From: an uncultured Actinomycetes bacterium
GTDB taxonomy: Bacteria > Actinomycetota > Thermoleophilia > Solirubrobacterales > 70-9
Assembly (NCBI GenBank): GCA_963751015.1
Contig: CAVVSU010000003.1
Span: forward strand, 13,681 to 77,680
Reading direction: 5' to 3'
Length of the DNA stretch: 64,000 nucleotides
Shown: piece after piece, positions 45,901 through 55,399 of the stretch
Layout of the letters: the number at the start of each line of letters is the position of its first letter
Numbering within the stretch: position 1 is the stretch's first letter
The notes under the pieces: model-generated
The model's input: the letters and a program-made list of their open reading frames with translations, nothing else
The model's database searches: none
Told to the model about the DNA's origin: nothing
Translations under genes and position numbers: made by a program

Positions 45901-46899
45901 GTGGCCAGTGATAAGCGAGCGGAGGCGCCGCGGACCGAACGCCTGATGCCCGGAATATGGCGCCTGCGCCTGCCGCTGCCCTGGCCCGGCGTCCCGCACG
46001 GGAACGCCTGGGCCGTGGCCCACGACGGGGGCATCGTCATGTTCGACACCGGGATGGGCGGCAAGGGCCGCCTGCGGCAGCTCGACCTGGCGCTCGCCCA
46101 GGCCGGCTTCGGGGTCGAGGACGTGCGGCTGGTCGTCTGCACCCACTCCCACACCGACCACTACGGGCTGGCCGGCTCGATCACCGAGACCGCCGGCTGC
46201 GAGCTCTGGATGCACCCGCGCTGGGAGCACGTGCGGCTGCTCGCCGACGACCCGCAGGCGGCGCTCGAGGCGCGGATCGAGGTAGCGCGCGAGAGCGGCG
46301 TCCCGATCGCGGCGCTGGAACGCTACCGCGAGGCCCGCAGCGACGAGGAAAGCGGGATCGACGTCCTCAAGGAGCCCGACCGCGAGCTCGTCCCGGGGGT
46401 CGAGATCGAGACCGACCTCGGCACCTGGCAGGTCCACGAGACCCCCGGCCACGCCCCCTCGCACGTCGTCCTCCACCAGCCCGAGCGCAAGCTGCTGATC
46501 TCCGGCGACCACCTGCTCGGGCGCACGGTCCTCTTCTTCGACTACGGCCACAGCCCCGACCCGGTCGGCGAATTCCTCGCCAGCCTCGACGCGGTCGAGG
46601 GCCTCGACGTCGGCCTCGTCCTCCCCGGCCACGGCCGCACCTTCCGCGACCCCGAGGCGAAGATCGCCGAGTCCCGCCGCCAGGTGGCCGAGCTGCTCGA
46701 CAAGGTGCGGGCGGCGCTGGCCGGCGGCGAGCGCACCGCCTTCGAGATCGTCGAAGAGATCATCGGCCCCGACATGGTCAAAACCCCGGCCAGCGCCTGG
46801 GTCCTGCAGATCGTCCGCTCCTGCCTCGACCACCTGGCGATCGCCGGCACGGTCGCCCCGGTCGAGGGCACCGACCCGCGGCGCTGGCGCCTCACGTAG
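45901..46899 (+). CDS. MBL-fold metallo-hydrolase
   Basis: VVCTHSHTDHYGLAG has the HxHxDH motif, with downstream GHAPSH and LPGHG. Confidence 0.85.
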   Translation: MASDKRAEAPRTERLMPGIWRLRLPLPWPGVPHGNAWAVAHDGGIVMFDTGMGGKGRLRQLDLALAQAGFGVEDVRLVVCTHSHTDHYGLAGSITETAGCELWMHPRWEHVRLLADDPQAALEARIEVARESGVPIAALERYREARSDEESGIDVLKEPDRELVPGVEIETDLGTWQVHETPGHAPSHVVLHQPERKLLISGDHLLGRTVLFFDYGHSPDPVGEFLASLDAVEGLDVGLVLPGHGRTFRDPEAKIAESRRQVAELLDKVRAALAGGERTAFEIVEEIIGPDMVKTPASAWVLQIVRSCLDHLAIAGTVAPVEGTDPRRWRLT

Positions 46900-46910
46900 C
46901 CTGTCGGGCG

Positions 46911-47357
46911 ATGGCGAGCTTCACCTACGTGCGCCAGGCGGCCGCCCCGCCCGAGGTCGTCTTCGACGTCCTCACTGACCACCGGCGCTACACCGAGATC
47001 ACTCCCCTGCGCAAGGCGGAGCTGGAGCGCGAGGGCGAGCCGACCCCGAACGGCCTCGGCGCGATCCGCGTCCTCAGCGCCCTCCCCGGCCCGCCGATGC
47101 GCGAGGAAGTGATCGCCTACGAGGCGCCGCGGCGCTTCTCCTACAAGATCCTCTCCGGCCTGCCGGTCCGCGACCACGTCGGCACCGTCGAGCTGAAGCC
47201 GAAGGACGGTGGCACCGAGATCACCTACGCGGTGAAGACGACGCCGACGATCCCGCTCGCCGGCCCGGTCTTCATGGCGATCCTGAAGAAAGCGATCAGG
47301 GACCTGATCGCGGGCGTCTCCAAAGAGTCCGAGCGCCGCGCAGGCGATGCGCGTTAA
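46911..47357 (+). CDS. SRPBCC (START/polyketide cyclase-like) domain protein
   Basis: MASFTYVRQAAAPPEVVFDVLTDHRRYTEITP... is a typical SRPBCC N-terminus. 148 aa. Confidence 0.65.
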   Translation: MASFTYVRQAAAPPEVVFDVLTDHRRYTEITPLRKAELEREGEPTPNGLGAIRVLSALPGPPMREEVIAYEAPRRFSYKILSGLPVRDHVGTVELKPKDGGTEITYAVKTTPTIPLAGPVFMAILKKAIRDLIAGVSKESERRAGDAR

Positions 47358-48702
47358 GCGCTTCCTCGAGCTCCACCTCTCGCATCGCTCGAATCAGATG
47401 CTGGTCGTGGCGTTCCTCGCCCTGGCGATCCTCGTCAGCGGCGCGATCGTCGCCTACGAGCTGCTGAAGCGCCCCGGCGACGTCCACAACCAGGAGGCGA
47501 TCGAAAACTTCAAGCCGCAGAAGCCGCCGCCGCCGAAGGAGCCGAAGACGGTCAACTGGCCGGTCTTCGGGTTCAACCCCGCCCGCACCCGCTACCTGCC
47601 GGTCAAGGGGGTGAAGCCGCCCTTCGACAAACTCTGGCGCTTCACCGACCGGCCGCTGCTCGAGTTCCCGCCGATCTACGTCGGCGGCAAGCTCTACTTC
47701 GTCAACAACAGCGGCTTCGCCTACGCGCTCGACGCCGACACCGGCAAAGAGCTCTGGAAACGACGGATCGGCCGCCTCAACGCCTCCTCGCCGGCCTATT
47801 ACAAACACCGGCTCTACATCGTCAACCTCGTCCCCGGGCACATCGTCAAGCTCGACGCGAAAACCGGCAGGACGATCTGGAAACGCAACCTGCCGGGACG
47901 GGCCGAGTCCTCTCCGGTGATCGTCAACCGCACCGTCTACTTCGGCTGCGAGAACGGCGAGCTGTTCGCGATGAGCACCGGCAAAGGGCAGGTCCGCTGG
48001 TCCACTTCCCTCGGCGGCCCGATCAAGTCCGCCCCCGCCTACTCCGACGGCAAGATCTTCGTCGGCGACTACGGCGGCTACATGAACGCGGTCGACGCCA
48101 AGAGCGGCGAGCTGGTCTGGCAGAGCGGCTCGCTCGGCCCCGGCTTCGGCGGCTCGGGCGCCTTCTACTCGACCCCGGCGGTCGCCTACGGCCGCGTCTA
48201 CGCCGGCAACAACGACAGCCGCGTCTACAGCTACGACACCACCGACGGCGAGCTCGCCTGGTCCTACTCGACCGGCGGCTACGCCTACTCCGGCCCGACC
48301 GTCGCCAACACCCGGCACAGCCCGCCGACCGTCTTCATCGGCTCCTTCGACGGCAACGTCTACGCGCTCGACGCCAAGGACGGCAGCGTCCGCTGGAGCC
48401 GCTCGGCCGGCGGCCAGGTGGTCGGCTCGCTCTCGGCGATCGGCGACATCGTCTACGTCGCCGAGTTCACCAACAAAACGACGAGCGGCTTCATGATGAG
48501 GAGCGGCAAGCGGGTCTTCCGCTACCCGAAGGGCACCTACACGCCGGTGATCAGCGACGGCCGGCGGATCTACCTGACCGGCTACTCGTCGATCACGGCG
48601 CTCCAACCCCACCGGGGGGTGGCGGCGGTAGATGAGGCGCACCCCGCGCATAAGCGGGGAAAAGCCCGGAGTGGAGGCGAGCGCGGAGGACGCTCAGGCT
48701 AG
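47347..48702 (+). CDS. Membrane-anchored PQQ-like beta-propeller repeat protein
   Basis: N-terminal TM MLVVAFLALAILVSGAIVAY. Repeated ...G.LYF/V.....G.vYAlDa.tGe..W blocks (e.g. GFAYALDADTGKELWK, GYMNAVDAKSGELVWQ, GNVYALDAKDGSVRWS). Confidence 0.8.
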   Translation: MRVKRFLELHLSHRSNQMLVVAFLALAILVSGAIVAYELLKRPGDVHNQEAIENFKPQKPPPPKEPKTVNWPVFGFNPARTRYLPVKGVKPPFDKLWRFTDRPLLEFPPIYVGGKLYFVNNSGFAYALDADTGKELWKRRIGRLNASSPAYYKHRLYIVNLVPGHIVKLDAKTGRTIWKRNLPGRAESSPVIVNRTVYFGCENGELFAMSTGKGQVRWSTSLGGPIKSAPAYSDGKIFVGDYGGYMNAVDAKSGELVWQSGSLGPGFGGSGAFYSTPAVAYGRVYAGNNDSRVYSYDTTDGELAWSYSTGGYAYSGPTVANTRHSPPTVFIGSFDGNVYALDAKDGSVRWSRSAGGQVVGSLSAIGDIVYVAEFTNKTTSGFMMRSGKRVFRYPKGTYTPVISDGRRIYLTGYSSITALQPHRGVAAVDEAHPAHKRGKARSGGERGGRSG

Positions 48703-49669
48703 ATCCGTAGTTCTGGATCCGGTAGCTGTTGCCGTCGCCGAAGTCCTGGTAGTAGACGAGCATCCTCGTGCGGCGGTGGCTTTTCACCCAGGCGAAGAGC
48801 TTGTTGACGAAGTTGGGGTCGTCGCCGCTTTCCACCGCCCACTCGGTGACGGCGAAGGGCTTGCCGGAGAAGCGGCGGTAGAGCCCGGTCAGCGCCTTCC
48901 ATTCGGGGTAGCCGGAGTAGAAGTCGGTCCCGACCCAGTCGACCCAGCGCGAGCCGGGGTAGAAGTGCTTCGGCCGGTTGTGGGGGACGGTCGGGGAGCC
49001 GGCGGGCAGCGGGCTCCAGACGATCGCCACCGGGGATTTCGGCAGCGCCCGGACGCTGACGGTCAGCGGCGGCAGCCCGGCTTCGGCGAGGCGGCGGTTG
49101 ATCTCGCGGGCCTTGCCACCGCCGTGGACGACGACGTAGACGCGGCGGAAGGCCTGTTTGTAGGCGCGCGGGCTGTGCTCGGGCCCGCGCGAGGCGCCCG
49201 AGCAGTCGTAGGCGGCGTAGACGTTGAGGCAGCGGTTGGGCTCGCCGAGCGGCCGCACGTAGGCGCGCATCCCCTTTTCGTAGAAGAGCTTGTTGAGGCG
49301 GACCAGATAGCGGTCGCCGCCGCCGGCGGCGATCTGCGCCGGGGTGATCAGCTCGTGGCCGTCGTTGTTGTCGGCGGTGGTGAGGTGGATCATCGGCCGC
49401 GCCCGGGCGATCTGCCAGCGGGTGATCACCTCGTCGAAGTCGGTGCCCCAGGTGCGGAAGGACTGGATCACCGCCGGGTGCTTGTTCAAGTCGTTGGAGA
49501 AGCTGCCGAAGTCGGCCGGGTCGCCGGTGTCCGAGACTCCCCAGTAGACCTTCTTGCCGGGCGGCAGCAGCGGGCTGAAGGCGGCGGCGGGCGCAGCGAG
49601 CAGCAGCAGCGCGAGCGCGCTGAGGAGAGCAGCCGCGAGGGCGGCGCGGAAGTTAGGCGGGCCGGGCAC
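48593..49669 (-). CDS. Secreted TIM-barrel glycoside-hydrolase-like protein (GH26-type, tentative)
   Basis: Signal peptide ALLSALALLLLAAPAAA. ...VRPLGEPN..., WVGTDFYS and FAVTEWAV resemble GH26 acid/base and nucleophile contexts. The 3' end overlaps the convergent PQQ gene by 110 nt. Confidence 0.45.
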   Translation of the reverse strand: MPGPPNFRAALAAALLSALALLLLAAPAAAFSPLLPPGKKVYWGVSDTGDPADFGSFSNDLNKHPAVIQSFRTWGTDFDEVITRWQIARARPMIHLTTADNNDGHELITPAQIAAGGGDRYLVRLNKLFYEKGMRAYVRPLGEPNRCLNVYAAYDCSGASRGPEHSPRAYKQAFRRVYVVVHGGGKAREINRRLAEAGLPPLTVSVRALPKSPVAIVWSPLPAGSPTVPHNRPKHFYPGSRWVDWVGTDFYSGYPEWKALTGLYRRFSGKPFAVTEWAVESGDDPNFVNKLFAWVKSHRRTRMLVYYQDFGDGNSYRIQNYGSSLSVLRARLHSGLFPAYARGAPHLPPPPPGGVGAP

Positions 49670-49692
49670 CGAAGGTCGTATGCTCGCAAGCG

Positions 49693-51579
49693 GTGAGCGT
49701 CAGGCCTGAGCCCCGCCGGGTCGCTGCAACCTCGGTTGCGCTCGCTGCCCTGCTCTGCGCGCTCTGCACCGCCTGCGGGCTGGCGCCTCAGGCTCTCGCC
49801 TCGGCGACCGCGCCCTTCGGCCACGCGTGCGTCGCCGAGAACGCGGTCCGCTTCTGCCCGACGGCCGATCCCGCCGCGCGCGTCCCCTCCTTCGACGGCG
49901 TGCCGCTCGACGTCGACGTGACCCTGCCCGAAAAAGGCAAAGCGCCCTACCCGGCGATCGTGATGATGCACGGCTTCGGCGGCAGCAAGACCGACTTCGA
50001 GACGACCACCCCCGCCGGGCCGGCCCCCGAAGAAGCGGGCAACGGCTCGACGATCTACCGCTACAACAACAACTTCTACGCCCGCCGCGGCTACGCGGTC
50101 GTCAACTACACCGCCCGGGGTTTCGGCGGCTCCTGCGGCGGCGGCACCGCCGGCGACCACTCCGGTCCCTGCGCCAGCGGCTACATCCGGCTCGCCGACA
50201 GCCGCTACGAGGCGCGCGACACCCAGTACCTGTTGGGGCTGCTGGCCGACGAAGGGGTGATCCGGCCGCGGGCGATCGGCGTCACCGGCATCTCCTACGG
50301 CGGCGGCCAGGCGATGGAGCTCGCCTTCCTCCGCGACAAGGTCCGCCGCCCCGACGGCAAGCTCGCCCCCTGGCGCAGTCCCGGCGGTTCGAAGATGCGG
50401 ATCGCCGCCGCCTACCCGCGGTGGCCCTGGTCGGACCTGGTCTCGGCACTGATCCCGAACGGCCGCTACCTCGACGGCAAGGTCGCGGGACGGGAACAGA
50501 GCCTGCAGCCCTACGGCGTGCCGATCTCGAGCTTCCTCGACGGGCTCTACCTGACCGGCGTGGTGCGCGGCTACTACTGCGGCGGCGCCCCCGCCTCGTT
50601 CCCCTGCGCCGACCCGGAAGCGGACATCACCCAGGACAAGGCCTACATCGACTCGGGCCCGCCGCTCTCCGCCGAAGCGGCGGCGGCGCTGAAAGGCATC
50701 TACCGCAACCACGGCGGCTATCCCCTGCGGTTCCTCAAAGGGGCCTCGGAGCCGGCGCCGCTGCTGATCGAGAGCGGCTTCACCGACGAACTGTTCCCGA
50801 TCGAGCAGGCGCTCCGCGTCTACGGCTTCCTCCGCTCGCGCGACCGCAAAGCCCCGGTCGCGCTGCAGTTCGGCGACCTCGGCCACAGCCGCGGCTCCAA
50901 CAAGCCCGCCCTCAACCACTTCTTCAACGAACAGGCGGCGCGGTTCTTCGCCGCCCACCTGCTGGGGGCGAAGAAGGGAGCGCCCGCGCCCGGCCAGGTC
51001 ACCGCCACGCTCACCACCTGCCCCAGCGACCAGCCCGACGTCGGTCCCTTCAAGGCGGTCGGGTGGAAGAAGCTCCATCCCGGTGCCTTCAGCCTCGGCC
51101 GCGCGCCCGCCCAGGAGTTCACCTCGGCGGGCGGCAACCCGACGGTGGCGAGGGAATTCGACCCCGTCTTCGGCACGACCGAAGCCTGCAAGACGATCGC
51201 CGAAAACACCGAGCCAAACGCCGCCCTCTACGGGCGCAAGGTCAGCGACGGGTTCGCGCTGATGGGCCGGACCACCGTCAAAGCCCAGATCTCCAGCACC
51301 GGCCAGAACGGCCAGATCGTCGCCCGGCTCTGGGACGTCTCCCCGGAGGGAACCCAGCTATTGGTGGACCGCGGCGTCTACGCGCTGACCAGCGCCCAGA
51401 GCGGCCGGATCGAGTTCCAGCTGCACGGCAACGGCTACCGCTTCGCCAAAGGCCACCGGGTCTGGCTGCAGCTGCTCGGGCGCGACGCCCCCTACTACCA
51501 GGTGGCCAACACTCCGTTCACGGTGCGGGTCTCGAACCTGCGCGCGACGCTGCCGACGCTGAAGCCGAACCCGCGTTAG
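49693..51579 (+). CDS. Secreted alpha/beta hydrolase, CocE/NonD (X-Pro dipeptidyl-peptidase S15-like) family
   Basis: Signal peptide, MMHGFGGSK, nucleophile elbow GISYGGG, and a large C-terminal beta-sandwich-like region. Confidence 0.6.
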   Translation: MSVRPEPRRVAATSVALAALLCALCTACGLAPQALASATAPFGHACVAENAVRFCPTADPAARVPSFDGVPLDVDVTLPEKGKAPYPAIVMMHGFGGSKTDFETTTPAGPAPEEAGNGSTIYRYNNNFYARRGYAVVNYTARGFGGSCGGGTAGDHSGPCASGYIRLADSRYEARDTQYLLGLLADEGVIRPRAIGVTGISYGGGQAMELAFLRDKVRRPDGKLAPWRSPGGSKMRIAAAYPRWPWSDLVSALIPNGRYLDGKVAGREQSLQPYGVPISSFLDGLYLTGVVRGYYCGGAPASFPCADPEADITQDKAYIDSGPPLSAEAAAALKGIYRNHGGYPLRFLKGASEPAPLLIESGFTDELFPIEQALRVYGFLRSRDRKAPVALQFGDLGHSRGSNKPALNHFFNEQAARFFAAHLLGAKKGAPAPGQVTATLTTCPSDQPDVGPFKAVGWKKLHPGAFSLGRAPAQEFTSAGGNPTVAREFDPVFGTTEACKTIAENTEPNAALYGRKVSDGFALMGRTTVKAQISSTGQNGQIVARLWDVSPEGTQLLVDRGVYALTSAQSGRIEFQLHGNGYRFAKGHRVWLQLLGRDAPYYQVANTPFTVRVSNLRATLPTLKPNPR

Positions 51580-51588
51580 GCGCTACCG

Positions 51589-53175
51589 CTAGGCGGCTTC
51601 GGCGACCGGTGCCTGGCCGGCGACGATCTCCAGCACCTCCGGCGCGTACTTCTCGATGAAGGCGGGGCCGACGCCGCTGATCGCGAGAAGGGAGGTCTCG
51701 TCGCCGGGCCGCGCTGCGGCGATCGCGGTCAGGGTCTTGTTGCTGGCGACGGTGAAGGCGGGCTTGCCGACGGCGGCCCTCAGGCGCCACTCTTTCAGCG
51801 CCTCGAAGAGCGGCGCGTCGGCGGGGGAGAGGTCGGGCGCGGGCGCCGCCTTGGCGCTGGCGCGCTTGGAGCCGCGGACCGCGATCGTGTCCGGGTCGGG
51901 CAGCCAGTCGAGCATGTCGCAGACGTCGCAGCAGCGGCCTAGGGGCGCGCCCGCGGTGCGGTCCGAGAAGTGGTCGAGCAGGGCGCGGCGGCGGCAGGCG
52001 GTGCCGTAGATGAAGTCCTTGATCACGTGATAGGCGCGCCAGCCGCGCTCGCGGGCGACGGCCAGGTCGGGGTCGCCGGCGCGCTGTTCGTTGAAGCGGA
52101 CGAGGCGGCCGAGGTCGGCTTTCAGCGCCAGCATCGTCGCCCGCGAGGGGAGCCCGTCGCGCCCGGCGCGTCCCGCCTCCTGGTAGTAGGCCTCGACGCT
52201 GGTCGGGATCGTCACGTGCCAGACCGAGCGCACGTCGGGCTTGTCGACGCCCATCCCGAAGGCGTTCGTCGCGCAGATGACGCCGGTGTCGGTGGCCATG
52301 AACCGTTCCTGGATCGCCGTCCGCTGCTCGGGTGCGAGGCCGGCGTGGTAGGCGACCGCGGCGACGTCGGCGTCGCGCAGCTCCGCCGCCACCTCTTCGG
52401 TCTGCTTGCGGGTGCCGCAGTAGACGATCGCCGGGCGGTTGGCCGGGTCGCTGAGGCCGGCCTCGAGCAGCGCCTGGCGGCGCGCCGTCGAGCCCTTGCC
52501 CTCGAGCGCGACGACGTCGAAGGAGAGGTTCGGCCGGTCGAAGCCGGAGCGGACCTGGAGCGGCTCCCGCATCCCGAAGCGCGAGGCGATCTCGCGCGCG
52601 ACCGGCACCGTCGCCGTCGCCGTGCAGGCCATCACCGTCGGCCGGCCCAGCCGCTCGACGACCTCGGGCAGCCGCAGGTAGTCCGGCCGGAAGTCGTGCC
52701 CCCACTCCGAGACGCAGTGCGCCTCGTCGACCGCGATCAGGTCCACCTCGCGGCAGGCGAGCGCTTCGAGGAAGACGCCCGAGGCGAACCGCTCCGGCGC
52801 GCAGTAGACGATCCGCGCCTCGCCGCGCACCTTCTCCAGCGCCTCGGAGGCCTCCCAATCTTCCATCCCGGAGGTGATCATCGTGACGCTGTGGCCCAGC
52901 CGGCTCAGCTTCCCCCACTGGTCCCGCATCAGCGCGATCAAGGGGCTGACGACGATCGTCAGCTGCTCAGAAGCCAGTCCCGGCAGCTGGTAGCAGAGGC
53001 TCTTCCCACCGCCGGTGGGCATGACGATCAGCGAGTCGCGCCCTTCGAGGGCAGCGATCACCGCCTCCCGCTGCCCGGCGCGCCAGTCGGCGTAGCCAAG
53101 CTCCCGCAGCAGTCCGTCGGCTCTTTCCCCGGCATCGACCATGGACGAGCCAGGGTAGGTGTTCCCCCGGCGCAT
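51589..53175 (-). CDS. recQ: ATP-dependent DNA helicase RecQ (short form with HRDC-like C-terminus)
   Basis: MPTGGGKSLCYQLP, AVDEAHCVSEWGHDFRPDY, the RQC Zn-finger region CRRRALLDHF...CCDVC, and a C-terminal HRDC-like segment. Confidence 0.9.
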   Translation of the reverse strand: MRRGNTYPGSSMVDAGERADGLLRELGYADWRAGQREAVIAALEGRDSLIVMPTGGGKSLCYQLPGLASEQLTIVVSPLIALMRDQWGKLSRLGHSVTMITSGMEDWEASEALEKVRGEARIVYCAPERFASGVFLEALACREVDLIAVDEAHCVSEWGHDFRPDYLRLPEVVERLGRPTVMACTATATVPVAREIASRFGMREPLQVRSGFDRPNLSFDVVALEGKGSTARRQALLEAGLSDPANRPAIVYCGTRKQTEEVAAELRDADVAAVAYHAGLAPEQRTAIQERFMATDTGVICATNAFGMGVDKPDVRSVWHVTIPTSVEAYYQEAGRAGRDGLPSRATMLALKADLGRLVRFNEQRAGDPDLAVARERGWRAYHVIKDFIYGTACRRRALLDHFSDRTAGAPLGRCCDVCDMLDWLPDPDTIAVRGSKRASAKAAPAPDLSPADAPLFEALKEWRLRAAVGKPAFTVASNKTLTAIAAARPGDETSLLAISGVGPAFIEKYAPEVLEIVAGQAPVAEAA

Positions 53176-53196
53176 GGCCGGGGGAACCCGTGCTCT

Positions 53197-54060
53197 TTAC
53201 GAGTCTTCGCTGGAGGCGATAGCCGCCGGAACCTGACTCAGCTCCTCCGCAAGCGCATCGATTTCCCGAGCCAGCTTCCGAGTGTCCGCCTTGGTCAACT
53301 CGGTGTACGACACGAACCCGTCCGCGGTCCGGTAGGGCTCGAGCGAGTTGAAGACTGCCTTGAAGTCGGCTTCGATCTCACCCGCCAGCTCCGGATCGGT
53401 TTCGTCGAGCAGCGGCTTCACCGCTTCGAAGGCCGCCTCGGAGCCTTCGACGTTGGCCTCGAAGTCGACCAGGTCGATGTGCGAGTAGCGCTCCTCCTCG
53501 CCGGTGATCTTCGAGGCCGAGACCTCGCCCAGCAGCCCGTTGGCGCCTTCGGCGATCTGCACCGGCTGCAGCTCGACGCCCTTGACCTTCGCCGCCAGCG
53601 TTTCGACGTCGCGCTGCAGCTGCTGGGCGACCGGCGCCATGCCCGCGGTCGTGCCTTCCTCCCAGAGTGCTTTCTCGATCCGGTGGAAGCCTTCGAATTC
53701 GCCGGCGGCGACGTCGTTCTCGCGGGCGTCGATCTTCGGGTCGAGGCTGCCGAAGGAGTCGGCGACCGGCTCGATCCGCTCGTAGGGGATGCGCGGCGCC
53801 GCGTAGAGCGCTTTCGCCTCGGCGAGGTTCCCGGCGACGACGGCGGCGACGAAGGGCTCGGTCGTCGCGACCAGCTCGTCGGCGTTCTGCTGCAGGTAGT
53901 CCCGGTAGTCGGCGACGACGGCCTCGACCTTGGGGCTGGTCACCTGTTCGGCCACCTCGGTCGTGGTCGTCTCATCGCCGGAGCCGCAGGCGGCCGCGGT
54001 CAGGGCGAGGAGGCCGAAGGCTCCTGCGCAAAGCAGGGTTCGGACGAGATTTCGATGCAT
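53197..54060 (-). CDS. efeO: EfeO/EfeM-family (imelysin, M75-like) iron-uptake lipoprotein
   Basis: Lipobox LTAAACG, GFHRIEKALW (HxxE motif), and downstream position relative to efeB. Confidence 0.75.
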   Translation of the reverse strand: MHRNLVRTLLCAGAFGLLALTAAACGSGDETTTTEVAEQVTSPKVEAVVADYRDYLQQNADELVATTEPFVAAVVAGNLAEAKALYAAPRIPYERIEPVADSFGSLDPKIDARENDVAAGEFEGFHRIEKALWEEGTTAGMAPVAQQLQRDVETLAAKVKGVELQPVQIAEGANGLLGEVSASKITGEEERYSHIDLVDFEANVEGSEAAFEAVKPLLDETDPELAGEIEADFKAVFNSLEPYRTADGFVSYTELTKADTRKLAREIDALAEELSQVPAAIASSEDS

Positions 54061-54091
54061 GTGGTGCGTTTCTCCTTGTGTCGTGACTGGT

Positions 54092-55330
54092 TCAGGCGAG
54101 CAGCGCTTCGCCGACGTAGCCGCCGGGCTCGGCGCCGGGTGGCACCGCGAAGAGGGCGCTGCCGACGTGCTTGATGTACTCGTTCAGCGCGTCCATCGAG
54201 CCGAGCTGCTGCTGGATCCGGACGAACTGCCCGGGGTCGCGCTGGAAGCTGATGAAGAAGAGCCCGGCTTCGAGCTCGCCGAGGCTCTCGTCGACGCCGT
54301 CGGTGAACGAGTAGCCGCGGCGGAGGATGCGGGCGCCGCCGTTCTCCTTGGCGGAGGCGAGGCGGACGTGGGCGTCGACCGGGATCACCGGGTGGCCGTT
54401 GCGCCGGGCCTCGAGCGGCAGCGGCTCGAACTCGTCCGTCCCGCCGAGCGGGGCGCCGCTGTACTTGTGGCGGCCGATCGTCCGCTCCTGGTCCTGGAGG
54501 GGCGCCCGGTCCCAGACCTCGAGCAGCATCCGGATCCGCCGCGTGACCATAAAGGTGCCGCCCCGCATCCAGGCGGGGCCCTCGCCGCCAGCCCAGACGA
54601 AGCGCTCCATCGCCTCGCCGTCCTCGGCGCGGATGTTCGCGGTGCCGTCCTTCATCCCCATCAGGTTGCGCGGCGTGTCCTGGCTGCGGCTGGTCGAGGC
54701 GGTGCGGCCGAAACCCAGCTGCGACCAGCGCATCGCCACCGTGCCGCGGCCGATCCGGGCCAGGTTGCGGACGGCGTGGAAGGCGACCTGGGGATCGTCG
54801 GAGCAGGCCTGGATGCAGATGTCGCCGCCGCTTTCCGCCGGGTTCAGCTCGTCGCGAGGCAGCGGCGGCAGCGGCCGCAGCGCCGCCGGCCGCTTCGCCG
54901 CCAGGCCGAGGCCCGGCTTCTCGAACAGGCTCAGGCCGAAGCCGAAGGTGACGGTGAGGCGGGACGGGAGGAGGCCGACGGTCTCGCCGGTGTCTTCAGG
55001 CGGGGCCAGCGGCAGGTCGTTGACGTTGCCCACCATCTCGCCGGCGCTCGCTTCCGCGGCCGCCAGGGTCCAGGCCCGCATCAGCTCGCGCAGCTCCTCC
55101 GGGTCTTCGCTCAGCAGGTCGAAGGCGGCGAAGTGGAGGCGGTCCTGGGCGGCGGTGTCGATCCCGGCCTGGTGGGGGCCGTAGAAGGGGACGCTGCCGG
55201 TTCCCTCGTCGTTCGCCTCGGCGAGCTGGTGGCCTGCCAGGAACCCCCCGCCCCCGAGACCGACGGCCGCAGCGCCCACGCCGGCAGATGCCAGCAGGCG
55301 GCGACGCGTGAGTGAGGTGGTCGGAGGCAA
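54092..55330 (-). CDS. efeB: Dyp-type peroxidase / deferrochelatase EfeB with Tat signal
   Basis: Twin-arginine signal TRRRLLASAGVGAAAVG, plus Dyp motifs ...FGF.DGT.N... (MGMKDGTANI) and RRGYSF. Confidence 0.85.
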   Translation of the reverse strand: MPPTTSLTRRRLLASAGVGAAAVGLGGGGFLAGHQLAEANDEGTGSVPFYGPHQAGIDTAAQDRLHFAAFDLLSEDPEELRELMRAWTLAAAEASAGEMVGNVNDLPLAPPEDTGETVGLLPSRLTVTFGFGLSLFEKPGLGLAAKRPAALRPLPPLPRDELNPAESGGDICIQACSDDPQVAFHAVRNLARIGRGTVAMRWSQLGFGRTASTSRSQDTPRNLMGMKDGTANIRAEDGEAMERFVWAGGEGPAWMRGGTFMVTRRIRMLLEVWDRAPLQDQERTIGRHKYSGAPLGGTDEFEPLPLEARRNGHPVIPVDAHVRLASAKENGGARILRRGYSFTDGVDESLGELEAGLFFISFQRDPGQFVRIQQQLGSMDALNEYIKHVGSALFAVPPGAEPGGYVGEALLA

Positions 55331-55349
55331 GGGGTCCTGGCAACTGGTA

Positions 55350-55368
55350 TTAGGCCACCCTAATTAGG
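55350..55368. promoter_or_regulatory. Possible IdeR/DtxR-type iron box upstream of efeB (weak)
   Basis: TTAGGCCACCCTAATTAGG matches the IdeR consensus TTAGGTTAGGCTAACCTAA at 10 of 19 positions. It contains the 12-bp palindrome CCCTAATTAGGG in an otherwise GC-rich spacer. Confidence 0.25.
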
Positions 55369-55399
55369 GCAGCCGAAAACCTAGCAGGACGCTAGGGAT

